DNA of 64,000 nt from an uncultured Candidatus Berkelbacteria bacterium (GCA_963698075.1 OY969116.1:862131-926130), one strand, 5' to 3'; positions 8,973 to 18,071 are shown, counted from the first letter of the stretch. Notes: generated by a model from the letters alone, not told the origin. Translations and numbers: made by a program.

Positions 8973-9021
8973 GCAAATCAGCTATATTATAAATAGTATG
9001 GTTGTCAGGGACGGAGGAAAG

Positions 9022-9792
9022 ATGGCAATAGAGTATGATAAGTTTAAAAATCTGGGCCTGGCTGCGGGTTTAAGCGACAATGAAACCAAAATGTATTTGG
9101 CAATTTTGGAAATGGGGCCCTCGGCGATTCAAAAAGTCGCCCAAAAAGTCGGCCTTTCAAGAGTGGCCAGCTACACCATTGCCGAACAACTCATCCAAAA
9201 AGGTTTAGCCAGTTGGTTTAAAAAAGATAAAAAAAGATATGTATCCGTCGAAAATCCTGACTATATTTTAGAACTTATTAAACGTCGCGAGAGCGAACTC
9301 GAAGAAGAAAGAACCAAAATTCGCAAACTTCTGCCTGAACTTAAAACCTATTATCGCTTAGCCGGCAAACGGCCCGAAGTCAGATTTTATGAAGGTGTTG
9401 AAGGGTTAAAGGCGATTTATGAAGATACCTTAAATTCTCAAAAAGACCTTTTAGTTTACTCTGACCTTGCTGCCACTGAACGATTGATTCCGGACATGAA
9501 GTTTTGGAACAATTATGTCAGGCGAAGGGTCAAACTCGGCATCAACGCTAAAGGGATTTGTCCGCGCACCCCGGAAACCGTGGCTTTGGATAAAAAAAGC
9601 CCCCAAGAATTGCGGGAGATTCGTTTCCTGCCAGAGGGCGAAACTTTTGGACCCACCGAACTCTATATTTACGGCGATAAAATTGCCCTGCTTTCGTTCG
9701 AGCGCGAAATCGTCGGTGTCGTCATCGAAAATAGGGAACTAGCCGAAACCCAACGGAAAATCTACACGAGGATGTGGCAGAGCCTTAAGTAA
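9022..9792 (+). CDS. TrmB-family HTH transcriptional regulator
   Basis: The N-terminal wHTH (ETKMYLAILEMGPSAIQKVAQKVGLSRVASYTIAEQLIQKG) is typical of TrmB. GGAGG RBS. Confidence 0.7.
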   Translation: MAIEYDKFKNLGLAAGLSDNETKMYLAILEMGPSAIQKVAQKVGLSRVASYTIAEQLIQKGLASWFKKDKKRYVSVENPDYILELIKRRESELEEERTKIRKLLPELKTYYRLAGKRPEVRFYEGVEGLKAIYEDTLNSQKDLLVYSDLAATERLIPDMKFWNNYVRRRVKLGINAKGICPRTPETVALDKKSPQELREIRFLPEGETFGPTELYIYGDKIALLSFEREIVGVVIENRELAETQRKIYTRMWQSLK

Positions 9793-9875
9793 ACAAACTA
9801 CAACTTAAAGTATAAAGATGATATCATTTAAGTTTTTTCTTGAAGTTTTAACATTTGCGTTTTAAACTTTTAGTT

Positions 9876-10649
9876 ATGTATGTAGATACGCACGCCCATC
9901 TCAATTTTGAGGCGTTCGAAAAAGATTATCGTGATGTAATCAATCGCGCTTTGGCGGCTGATGTAAAGGGCATAATTAATGTTGGTTCTAATTTTGAAAC
10001 GTCAAAGAAAGCGATTGAGATCGCGGAAAAATATGACAAAGGGGTTTACGCCGCCATCGGTCTTCATCCGATCCACGTCAAGGATGAAGAGTTTGATGAA
10101 GCGGCTTTTTTGAAACTGGCCAAAAACAAAAAAGTCGTGGCGCTGGGGGAGACGGGCTTGGATTACTATTATGATAAGTCATCAGCCAAGCTTCAAAAAG
10201 AAATCTTTCGCAAATTTTTACAAATGTCGCATGCGGTTTCGAAACCCGTGATTTTACACTCGCGGGATGCCGGCGAGGATGTTTTGTCAGTACTGATGGA
10301 GGAGCGGCCCGAACCGCGGGGTGTGATGCATTGTTTTCCGGGCGATTGGCCGTATGCGAAAGTGATTCTGGATATGGGCTTATACCTTTCCTTCACCGGC
10401 CTCATCACTTTTTCTAAAAACTATGGAACTTTTGAGGTAATTAAAAATACGCCTTTAGATCGCTTAATGATTGAAACCGACTGCCCATTTATGACACCCG
10501 AGCCATATCGGGGGAAAAGAAACGAGCCAGCTTTTGTTATCGAAGTCGCCAAAAAAATCGCCGAAATAAAAAAATTACCTTTAGAAAAAGTTGCTGAACA
10601 AACTTCAAAGAATGCAATCAAACTTTTTAAATTAGAAATTAATGGTTAA
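9876..10649 (+). CDS. tatD: TatD-family metal-dependent hydrolase (DNase)
   Basis: DTHAHL start, a GxHP motif, and conserved His and Asp positions. Confidence 0.85.
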   Translation: MYVDTHAHLNFEAFEKDYRDVINRALAADVKGIINVGSNFETSKKAIEIAEKYDKGVYAAIGLHPIHVKDEEFDEAAFLKLAKNKKVVALGETGLDYYYDKSSAKLQKEIFRKFLQMSHAVSKPVILHSRDAGEDVLSVLMEERPEPRGVMHCFPGDWPYAKVILDMGLYLSFTGLITFSKNYGTFEVIKNTPLDRLMIETDCPFMTPEPYRGKRNEPAFVIEVAKKIAEIKKLPLEKVAEQTSKNAIKLFKLEING

Positions 10650-11517
10650 AAGACTAAATAGAAAAAATTTTCACATAATCAGAAAAGTTCATTATGACCG
10701 GCGAGAGCGATATATTTGTCTAATTCTCAAACGAAATAATCAGAAGTTTTTTTACAAAGAACTAAATAATGATCGGCCGGATAAATTTAAAGAGCAGATT
10801 GATTTTCAAAAAAGAGTAGAAGAAAGCCAAACGGAAATCATTTTACCAAAATTAATAGATTATAAGCTTGGTGCTGAAAAAAGTTGGGCGCTTTGGGAAT
10901 ATTTACCCGGAAAACATTTAGCTGATTGGAAACCTAAAAAGATAAGACAACTGGCCAATTGGCTGGAACCGATTGTTGAGGTTTTAATTCAAATGTTAAA
11001 AATCAAACCCTTGGAGGGAAATTATCATATCTCTGAAATTATGCTCGAGAGAGCCGAAGGGTGGTCAAAAGAACCGGTCCTGCAAGGTTTTTATTCCGAA
11101 TCATTTAAAAATAAAATTATCTTCCTGATTAACAAAAACCATTCCAAACTAATCAATGGTTTTAATCATTCGGATTTTGTTCCTTGGCACATGCACGAAC
11201 TAAAATTTCCCAAATTTTACCTTGTGGATTATGAGAATTGTAAAGGAAAACCTTTGTATTATGATTTAGCCCATTTTTATCACCGGCTCTATACGAAACT
11301 TGGAGAGCCAAAAATTGCTGATAAATTTCTGGAAATCTTTTTTAAAAGAGCAAAATTACCGCCTGATTTTGAAGCGATATTTTCGACAATTTTAGGCCAC
11401 CGAATTATGGCGGGATTTTTTGACTGCCTTGTTAATAAAGATGGAACTGATATTAAATTACATCAAAAACTATTGGATAATTATCTTAAGACTACAAAAA
11501 ATAGAAAGGGAAAATGA
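10642..11517 (+). CDS. Protein-kinase-like fold phosphotransferase (aminoglycoside/choline kinase family)
   Basis: Brenner-like motif HSDFVPWHM ... LVDYEN. Confidence 0.5.
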   Translation: MVKRLNRKNFHIIRKVHYDRRERYICLILKRNNQKFFYKELNNDRPDKFKEQIDFQKRVEESQTEIILPKLIDYKLGAEKSWALWEYLPGKHLADWKPKKIRQLANWLEPIVEVLIQMLKIKPLEGNYHISEIMLERAEGWSKEPVLQGFYSESFKNKIIFLINKNHSKLINGFNHSDFVPWHMHELKFPKFYLVDYENCKGKPLYYDLAHFYHRLYTKLGEPKIADKFLEIFFKRAKLPPDFEAIFSTILGHRIMAGFFDCLVNKDGTDIKLHQKLLDNYLKTTKNRKGK

Positions 11518-11693
11518 AGAAATCATTTCATCATGGACCTTCAAGTGCGGTGTACGGGCTCGGATTTATCGGCGCGGCAATTTGGTTTATCAGCCAAGCG
11601 CACGGTTTTTGGCCGATCGTTTTAGCAATTTTGAAAGCCATCGTCTGGCCAGCATTTTTGGTCTACCAGGCCTTCCAATTTTTGGCAAAATAG
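11514..11693 (+). CDS. 59-aa small membrane protein (MKKSFHHGPSSAVYGLGFIGAAIWFISQAHGFWPIVLAILKAIVWPAFLVYQAFQFLAK)
   Basis: ATGA overlap with the upstream gene. Two predicted transmembrane helices. Below the ORF-track cut-off. The 117-aa track ORF in another frame is not protein-like. Confidence 0.45.
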   Translation: MKKSFHHGPSSAVYGLGFIGAAIWFISQAHGFWPIVLAILKAIVWPAFLVYQAFQFLAK

Positions 11694-11696
11694 CAT

Positions 11697-11730
11697 CAGC
11701 CGATTTGACCCCCGGCGATTTGGGGGGGGG
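11697..11730 (+). repeat. Copy 1 of the AGCCGATTTGAC-family motif (cagccgatttgacccccggcgatttggggggggg)
   Basis: Begins 4 nt after a TAG stop. Contains the hairpin CCCCC-ggcgattt-GGGGG. Confidence 0.6.
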
Positions 11731-11786
11731 CGTGGTCTGCCGGCGGCAATTGGCCCAGAATTTGGTTTCCTAAGCATTAAACAAAC

Positions 11787-11809
11787 GCCACCTGCGATAT
11801 GCGGGTGGC
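11787..11809 (-). terminator. Terminator for the minus-strand zinc-ribbon gene
   Basis: GCCACCTGC-gatat-GCGGGTGGC. Confidence 0.5.
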
Positions 11810-11834
11810 AAGACGAAATGAAAAGTTGGATCTT

Positions 11835-12227
11835 CTACAGGCTATGGGTGTGGGTTCTGACCGTGAAGTAATGGCAACGCGGACATTTGTGGTGGGTGAA
11901 ATGCCGGCCATAACCAGGTTCCTCAGCCACTTGTTCCATAGGAATAAGACATTTGGGACATAACGCAGCATTCGAATGATCTTCCAGAATGCCACACTCC
12001 AAACATCTAACCTGGAACCGGTGCGGACCCGACGGTACAAACAGAGGAGCGGTGATGAGCTTTTTTTCCTCATCAGACCATACCAACCAACCCAAGAATT
12101 CCCACCGATGTTCACAGACCATCGTCTCCTCAGCAACAGTCATCCAGGGTTCTCCCTTTTTCTTGTGGATATCAGTCCAATTAAATATTACTCCAAATCC
12201 AGATAAAATCAACTCAAAAGAGGCCAA
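11835..12227 (-). CDS. Small zinc-ribbon protein, GC-rich (three CxxC pairs: CLECG...CPKC...CPRC)
   Basis: 130-aa ORF with a TTG start; the alternative internal ATG gives 11835..12143. Cys spacing is typical of zinc ribbons. GC is about 50% against a 38% background. Confidence 0.45.
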   Translation of the reverse strand: MASFELILSGFGVIFNWTDIHKKKGEPWMTVAEETMVCEHRWEFLGWLVWSDEEKKLITAPLFVPSGPHRFQVRCLECGILEDHSNAALCPKCLIPMEQVAEEPGYGRHFTHHKCPRCHYFTVRTHTHSL

Positions 12228-12237
12228 TTTAAAAGCT

Positions 12238-12270
12238 ATTCTATTATTCTATAGAATATGCGAATATCAT
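12238..12270 (+). repeat. Palindromic element copy 1: ATTCTATTATTCTATAGAATATGCGAATATCAT
   Basis: Contains the perfect 14-bp palindrome TATTCTATAGAATA. An identical 28-nt core occurs at 23934. Confidence 0.7.
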
Positions 12271-12318
12271 TTAAAAATCATATTACATTCCCTCAAAAAA
12301 ATCACCCAGGTAATATTA

Positions 12319-13260
12319 TTAATTCTTCCTAATTGTAAACTTCCCAGTTTTAGAACGAGAAACCACACCTTTTTTATGATGAAAACTCTCAATTTTTTCC
12401 GCGTCAAAATGTTTATGGATTTGCGGTTCGAGGTCTTGGATTTTCGCGCAGGCCTCTAAATAATCACAAATCATATTATCAATTTCAATTTCTTTTTGAT
12501 TTTTGCCTTTAGGCATGCTATTTGATTTTTGATTTTGAAACTTCTGTTTCATCAAGGGACAGAGATGCGCGTACTCACAATAATCGCATAAAAAATTATG
12601 TTTTGGCCGCCACTCGTTTTCTTTTTCAATTTTCTCGGCAGTTTTGACTATTTCTTCTTTGATTTGCTCGACTTCATCCGGTCTTCTTTTGGTTGTCATT
12701 TGTGAATCGTGTTTTAAATAATATAAAGTCAGGCGAATCTCTTTGGCTTCGGGCCATAAGTTTTCCACTGCCAAATGATAAATGCAAAGTTGTTTATCGC
12801 GATTAACATCATCTTGAGAAGGTAACTGTTTACTGGTTTTATAATCGATGACTTCAAAAGCACCAATGGGCAGTTTATCGACGCGATCAATCATTCCCGA
12901 TAAAGTATGCTCGCCCACGGGAATTTGAAAGCGTTTTTCGGTTGAGACAATATTTCGCAAGCCGGGTTTGTGACCAGCATGAAATTTATCGAGCATTTGT
13001 TTTCCCCAATCAAAATATTGTTTGGCTTGAGCGGGATTTTTAAAAACCTCGTCGCGCCAGTTGTTTTTGAGATATTCTAAAAGCTCCTCCCGAGGCGGCA
13101 TAATTGGGTCTTTTTTTAAAGCATATTGAACCACTTCGTGAATTAAAGAACCAAAAAAAAGCTCGGGCTTTTCGGGAACCTTAATCCGATCAATGTATTG
13201 GAATTTATATTTGGCCGGACAACGATTAAAAGTTACTAAAGCCGAATAGGAAATGCGCAT
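12319..13260 (-). CDS. Cas4/RecB-family PD-(D/E)XK nuclease with a 4-Cys Fe-S cluster signature
   Basis: N-terminal Cys (RCPAKYKF), motif II EVIDYK, motif III QLCIY, and the C-terminal motif C-x2-C-x5-C (CDYCEYAHLC). No CRISPR array or cas genes are nearby. Confidence 0.7.
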   Translation of the reverse strand: MRISYSALVTFNRCPAKYKFQYIDRIKVPEKPELFFGSLIHEVVQYALKKDPIMPPREELLEYLKNNWRDEVFKNPAQAKQYFDWGKQMLDKFHAGHKPGLRNIVSTEKRFQIPVGEHTLSGMIDRVDKLPIGAFEVIDYKTSKQLPSQDDVNRDKQLCIYHLAVENLWPEAKEIRLTLYYLKHDSQMTTKRRPDEVEQIKEEIVKTAEKIEKENEWRPKHNFLCDYCEYAHLCPLMKQKFQNQKSNSMPKGKNQKEIEIDNMICDYLEACAKIQDLEPQIHKHFDAEKIESFHHKKGVVSRSKTGKFTIRKN

Positions 13261-13350
13261 GAGTTTATTCTATCCTTAAAACTCGTCCTTAGCAAGAAAA
13301 TGTGCTAAAATAAAAAATGGATTTCGGGTTCAATCCATTTAAATAAAAGT

Positions 13351-13854
13351 ATGAAAAATTGGTTGTGGGTGACTTTAATTATTGCTCTTTTTCTCGTCGG
13401 TTTAGCTGGCGGCATCATTTATTGGTCTCTCGTTAAGACAAAAAATATCGCCAACTCCGCTTTAGACGCCGCTAAAAATGCCGAGAGTGTGACGACTCCC
13501 ACGCCTTCTCCTTCGATTTCTACAATACCGGTAGCACTGAATATGCCCTCTGCCGACGTTGCCGGCGAAGATCTCGCCGATGTCCCACGTTACAGCGGTT
13601 CGATGAGGACGGGCTACGATAAAAATGATGATGGCACCGAGATTAACCTCGAATACATTACCTCTTCCAGTACCAAAGAAATTCTCGATTTTTATAAAAA
13701 AACCCTGGTTGACAATGGTTGGACACTTTTTGCCGAAGGCTCCCAAAATTTAAATTTTTCGAAAAGTCAGACTGATGTCTCGATTGAAATCATTGAGGCA
13801 AACAACAATCTTATCCAATATCGTATTCATTCTTTTCGAACTCAAGGGGAATAA
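13351..13854 (+). CDS. Membrane-anchored hypothetical protein with a Ser/Pro/Thr linker
   Basis: N-terminal transmembrane helix followed by a soluble domain. Confidence 0.5.
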   Translation: MKNWLWVTLIIALFLVGLAGGIIYWSLVKTKNIANSALDAAKNAESVTTPTPSPSISTIPVALNMPSADVAGEDLADVPRYSGSMRTGYDKNDDGTEINLEYITSSSTKEILDFYKKTLVDNGWTLFAEGSQNLNFSKSQTDVSIEIIEANNNLIQYRIHSFRTQGE

Positions 13855-13917
13855 ATCTTTTTGCGGGACTTGACAAAACTCTATATATAATCTAATATAT
13901 ATTTAGAAAGGACGATT

Positions 13918-14112
13918 ATGAATAAAAATATTAATGTCTATAATTTACAGGCCAATATTTCCAAGGTTTTGAAAGAAACCGAAAAAGGCGCTGTTTATGA
14001 GGTAAATCGTTATTCAAAACCAGTGGCGGTTTTGATCTCTTACAAAAATTACCTCAAGCTCAAAGGCGAGTGCAAACATTGTATTGAAGATTTAAGGAAA
14101 TTGGTTAAATGA
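13918..14112 (+). CDS. Phd/YefM-like antitoxin-fold protein (64 aa)
   Basis: Matches the Phd/YefM N-terminal pattern NxSKVLxxxEKGxxxEVxRxSKPVAVLIS. Its stop overlaps the iscS start (ATGA). Confidence 0.5.
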   Translation: MNKNINVYNLQANISKVLKETEKGAVYEVNRYSKPVAVLISYKNYLKLKGECKHCIEDLRKLVK

Positions 14113-15290
14113 AAGTATATTTGGACTATGCGGCGACATCGCCGGACAAAAAAGAGGTGTTTCTGGCAATGACGCCATATTTTAAAGAATATTTTGGTAA
14201 CCCTTCGAGCATTCATGCCTGGGGACAGACGGCGCGGAAAGCCATCGATGAATCTAGGGCGACCATTGCTAAATTTTTAAATTGCCAGAGTGAAGAGATA
14301 ATTTTTACCGGCAGCGGCTCGGAGGCGGATAATTTGGCAATCACCGGGCTTATAGATGGCCTCGGGGTAAAAATTAAACCCCATATCATTACCAGCGCCT
14401 TCGAACATCATGCTGTTCTCAAAACCTGCGAGGATTTGAAGAAAAAAGGATTGGCTGAAGTGACCTACATTCGGCCAAATAAAGAGGGGATTATTGAAGC
14501 CGCTACAGTCAAAAAAGCCATCAAGCCAAATACGGTTTTGGTTTCGATTATGTATGTTAACAACGAAATCGGCACCATCCAGCCGATTCGCGAAATCGGC
14601 AAAATGATCGAGAAAAAGAATCACGACCGCCAGCAAAAGATTTATTTCCATACTGATGCCGTTCAAGCCGCCGAATATTTGCCAATGGACGTCGATTATT
14701 TACACGTTGATTTGCTTACCATCGCTGGTCACAAGATTGGCACGCCGAAAGGTGTTGGTTTGCTTTATATCCGCAAAGGCACGCCGCTTACTTCCATTAT
14801 TCATGGCGGCGAACAAGAAAAGGGCCTACGCGCCGGCACGGAAAATGTGCCATATATAATTGGTATGGCTACCGCCATCCAATTAATTAAAAATTTAAAA
14901 TTTAAAATTAAAAATTTAGAGAAACTAAGAGATTATTTTATCAAGCGCATCATAAAAGAAATTCCCGAAGTCTATCTCAATGGTTCTGAAACCCTCCGCG
15001 CCCCCCATATTGTTAATTTTTATTTTAAAAATATTGAAGGCGAATCGATTGTCTTGGGAATGGATCTGGAAGGGGTCGCTTGTTCAACCGGCTCGGCTTG
15101 CACTTCACAAAGCTTAGAGCCCTCCCACGTTATCATGGCAATTTTCAATGATCATTTCAGAGCCGCCGGTTCAGTGAGATTCTCTTTTTCAAAACTGACC
15201 ACCAAAAAAGATTTAGATTTTGCGATTACTAAACTTAAAAAAGTTGTCGCCCACTTAAGAAAAATTAGCCCATACGGAAAGAGAGGTTAA
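14109..15290 (+). CDS. iscS: Cysteine desulfurase (class V aminotransferase, IscS/NifS)
   Basis: PLP-lysine region (TIAGHKIGTPKG) and the catalytic Cys loop SSGSACTS. Confidence 0.9.
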   Translation: MKVYLDYAATSPDKKEVFLAMTPYFKEYFGNPSSIHAWGQTARKAIDESRATIAKFLNCQSEEIIFTGSGSEADNLAITGLIDGLGVKIKPHIITSAFEHHAVLKTCEDLKKKGLAEVTYIRPNKEGIIEAATVKKAIKPNTVLVSIMYVNNEIGTIQPIREIGKMIEKKNHDRQQKIYFHTDAVQAAEYLPMDVDYLHVDLLTIAGHKIGTPKGVGLLYIRKGTPLTSIIHGGEQEKGLRAGTENVPYIIGMATAIQLIKNLKFKIKNLEKLRDYFIKRIIKEIPEVYLNGSETLRAPHIVNFYFKNIEGESIVLGMDLEGVACSTGSACTSQSLEPSHVIMAIFNDHFRAAGSVRFSFSKLTTKKDLDFAITKLKKVVAHLRKISPYGKRG

Positions 15291-15291
15291 G

Positions 15292-15756
15292 ATGGCGATC
15301 GAAAAGTTGTATAGCCAAAAAGTCATGGAGCATTTCTTACATCCGCGAAATATGGGAGTGATAAAAAATCCTTCCGGCATTGGTCGGGTTGGTAATCCCG
15401 TTTGCGGCGACGTGATGGAGCTTTATATAAAAGTTAAAAGTCAAAAGGCAAAAGGCAAAAATAAAAACATTAACAATGAGGATAATGCTATTATCACTGA
15501 TGTCAAATTTAAAACCTTTGGTTGCGGGGCAGCGATTGCCAGTTCTTCGATGATGACGGAAATGATTAAGGGCAAAACTCTTAAGGAAGCGCTAAAAGTA
15601 ACTAACTCGGCGGTGGCTGATGCCTTGGGCGGTCTGCCGCCAATCAAAAGGCACTGCTCGGTTTTAGCCAAAGAAGCACTCGAAAAAGCCCTGGCCGATT
15701 GGCTCGCCTCGCGGCGAAGCGGGCAAAAAAATTTGTCCAAGAACAATCGCCATTAA
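15292..15756 (+). CDS. iscU: Fe-S cluster assembly scaffold IscU/NifU-like
   Basis: NPVCGD, TFGCGAAIASS and HCS motifs. Confidence 0.85.
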   Translation: MAIEKLYSQKVMEHFLHPRNMGVIKNPSGIGRVGNPVCGDVMELYIKVKSQKAKGKNKNINNEDNAIITDVKFKTFGCGAAIASSSMMTEMIKGKTLKEALKVTNSAVADALGGLPPIKRHCSVLAKEALEKALADWLASRRSGQKNLSKNNRH

Positions 15757-15789
15757 AAAAAGATTGTGCTATTATGAAAGAAAGGATGA

Positions 15790-16749
15790 TTGATGATCAC
15801 CTGGATCGATATTTTAATCATTGTCGTGATTATTTTTTATGCCCTTGATGGCTATCGTCAGGGTTTTTGGAAAATTATCCTCGACATTTTGACAGTGATT
15901 ATCTCTTTGGTTATCGCTTTGAAATTCTATCCTTTAGCCGGAAATCTTTTTGTTGCCTGGGGCCTCGATATCAATCTTGCCCGGCCAGTTGGCTTTTTTG
16001 TCCTCTGGACCGTGACTCAAATAATTTTTTATCTTTTGGCCATTCTAATTTTTCATTATTTCCCCAAATATTCTGAAGGGAGAAAAACGGGGAAGATTTT
16101 GGGAATTTTCCCGGGAATCATTAAAGGTTTAATGATCGTTGCCATTTTCTTGATTATTTTAATCACCCTGCCTTTCGCGACCTCATTTAAAAATACTTTA
16201 TCGAAATCTCTCATTGCTGGTCCTTTAATCAAATCGACCGCCAGAATTGAAGGTCAAATGGCCAAAATATTTGGTCAATTAAATAATTCCTTTACATTTT
16301 TAACCGTTGCTCCCGGAAATGAAGAAGAAATTACCCGGTTAAATTTCCAAACCAATGACTTTAACATTGATTCCACAGGTGAGGAGATGTTGGTTTCTTT
16401 AGTCAATAACGAAAGACAAAAAGCGGGTCTGGCACCATTGACCACGGATCTATTACTCAGAAACGTCGCTCGTGCGCACTCAATGGATATGCTCCGGAAC
16501 GGTTATTTTGCTCACAAAAGTCTCTCTGGCGAAACGCCGTATGATCGCCTGACCGCTGCCAATGCTAATTTTCGCCTGGTAGGCGAAAATTTGGCCTTAG
16601 CGCCATCGATTGATTTGGCCCACATCGGCCTGATGAACTCTCCTTCTCATCGAGAAAATATTTTGGATCCTGACTACAAACGGATTGGTATCGGGGTGAT
16701 TGATGCCGATCCTTATGGTAAAATGATTACTCAAATTTTTACTGACTAG
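15790..16749 (+). CDS. Fusion of a CvpA-family membrane domain with a C-terminal CAP/SCP (PR-1-like) domain
   Basis: The N-terminal four transmembrane helices are CvpA-like. The C-terminal HSMDM...GYFAHKS...GENLA...MNSPSHRENIL motifs match the CAP domain. Confidence 0.6.
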   Translation: MMITWIDILIIVVIIFYALDGYRQGFWKIILDILTVIISLVIALKFYPLAGNLFVAWGLDINLARPVGFFVLWTVTQIIFYLLAILIFHYFPKYSEGRKTGKILGIFPGIIKGLMIVAIFLIILITLPFATSFKNTLSKSLIAGPLIKSTARIEGQMAKIFGQLNNSFTFLTVAPGNEEEITRLNFQTNDFNIDSTGEEMLVSLVNNERQKAGLAPLTTDLLLRNVARAHSMDMLRNGYFAHKSLSGETPYDRLTAANANFRLVGENLALAPSIDLAHIGLMNSPSHRENILDPDYKRIGIGVIDADPYGKMITQIFTD

Positions 16750-16758
16750 AAAGCGGTA

Positions 16759-17553
16759 ATGATTTTAAAAGGCAAACCAATAGCCGAAAAAATCTATGCC
16801 AGGTTAGTTAAGGATATTGCTTTGCTTAAACAAAAAAATCTTATCCCGACTTTAGCAGTTATCTTAGCAGGTGAAGATCCAGCTAGTTTGACTTACGTGC
16901 GCGCCAAAGAAAAAAGGGCAAGGATTCTGGGAATAAATTTTAAACTTTTTCATCTCACGGGGATTGCCCCCGAAAGTAAAATTTCCGAGCTAATTGGTGA
17001 CCTTAATAAAAATAAAAATGTCTGCGGCATTGTTCTGCAATTGCCATTGCCAGAAGGATTGGACACTGATAAAATTTTAAGAGCAATTTCGCCTGAAAAA
17101 GATATTGATGGTTTTTCGGGAAAATATCCAGCGCCAACACCATCGGCAATTTTGGAAATTTTTAAATATTATGATATTGGCCTCCAAGATAAAAAAATTG
17201 TTATCGTGGGTTTTGGTCGTTTGGTGGGCAAACCTCTTGAAAAACTAATGCGTAAGCTGAATATTCAGCTAATAATTTGTACTTCAAGTAGTGACATCGC
17301 CTCCGAAACCCTTGACGCCGATATAATTATTTCCGCCACCGGCATTCCGAGTTTAATTAAGCCGGAAATGGTTTCTGAAAAAGCGGTCGTCATTGACGCT
17401 GGCACCGCCGAAAGTCTAGGCGAAATCCGCGGCGATGTCGACCCAAAAGTTTATGAAAAAGTTCTCGCCTACTCTCCCGTCCCTGGCGGCGTCGGCCCAG
17501 TGACAGTGGCGTGTTTGATGAAGAATCTCATTGAAGCGGCCAAAAAAGCTTAA
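16759..17553 (+). CDS. folD: Bifunctional methylene-THF dehydrogenase/cyclohydrolase
   Basis: Canonical FolD layout, with KxKxxxxGI, SxxYxxxK-like and PGGVGP motifs. Confidence 0.9.
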   Translation: MILKGKPIAEKIYARLVKDIALLKQKNLIPTLAVILAGEDPASLTYVRAKEKRARILGINFKLFHLTGIAPESKISELIGDLNKNKNVCGIVLQLPLPEGLDTDKILRAISPEKDIDGFSGKYPAPTPSAILEIFKYYDIGLQDKKIVIVGFGRLVGKPLEKLMRKLNIQLIICTSSSDIASETLDADIIISATGIPSLIKPEMVSEKAVVIDAGTAESLGEIRGDVDPKVYEKVLAYSPVPGGVGPVTVACLMKNLIEAAKKA

Positions 17554-17555
17554 TT

Positions 17556-18062
17556 ATGAAAGATTTAGTTGTCCAAGAAGTAATTGAACAGAAAATTTAT
17601 TTAATCAGAAGCCAAAAAGTAATGATGGATCGCGATTTGGCGGTTCTTTATGGCGTACCGACCAAAAGATTGAATGAAGCGGTTAAAAGAAATCAGAAGA
17701 GATTTCCCTCGGATTTCGCATTTTTACTGACATGGAAAGAAACAACAGGTTTAAGGTCGCAAATTGCGACCTTAAAGAATAAAGAGCATGCAAAATACCG
17801 ACCTTACGTTTTTACGGAACAAGGTGTAGCCATGTTATCCAGTGTTCTAAATAGCGAGCGCGCCATCCAAGTTAATATTCAAATCATTCGGACCTTTATT
17901 AAACTGCGCAAACTTTTAGCCACACATGCGGATCTATTAAAGAAAATTGAAGCAATGGAACGCGGCTACGACCGGCAGTTCCGCATCGTTTTTGAAATCT
18001 TAGAAGAACTACGCGAATCATCTAAAAAACAAATCAAAAAAATCGGCTTTAAGTTAAAATAA
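17556..18062 (+). CDS. ORF6N-domain protein (phage anti-repressor-like)
   Basis: IRSQKVMMDRDLAVLYGVPTKRLNEAVKRNQKRFPSDFAF is the ORF6N signature. Confidence 0.65.
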   Translation: MKDLVVQEVIEQKIYLIRSQKVMMDRDLAVLYGVPTKRLNEAVKRNQKRFPSDFAFLLTWKETTGLRSQIATLKNKEHAKYRPYVFTEQGVAMLSSVLNSERAIQVNIQIIRTFIKLRKLLATHADLLKKIEAMERGYDRQFRIVFEILEELRESSKKQIKKIGFKLK

Positions 18063-18071
18063 AGGAGAAAA

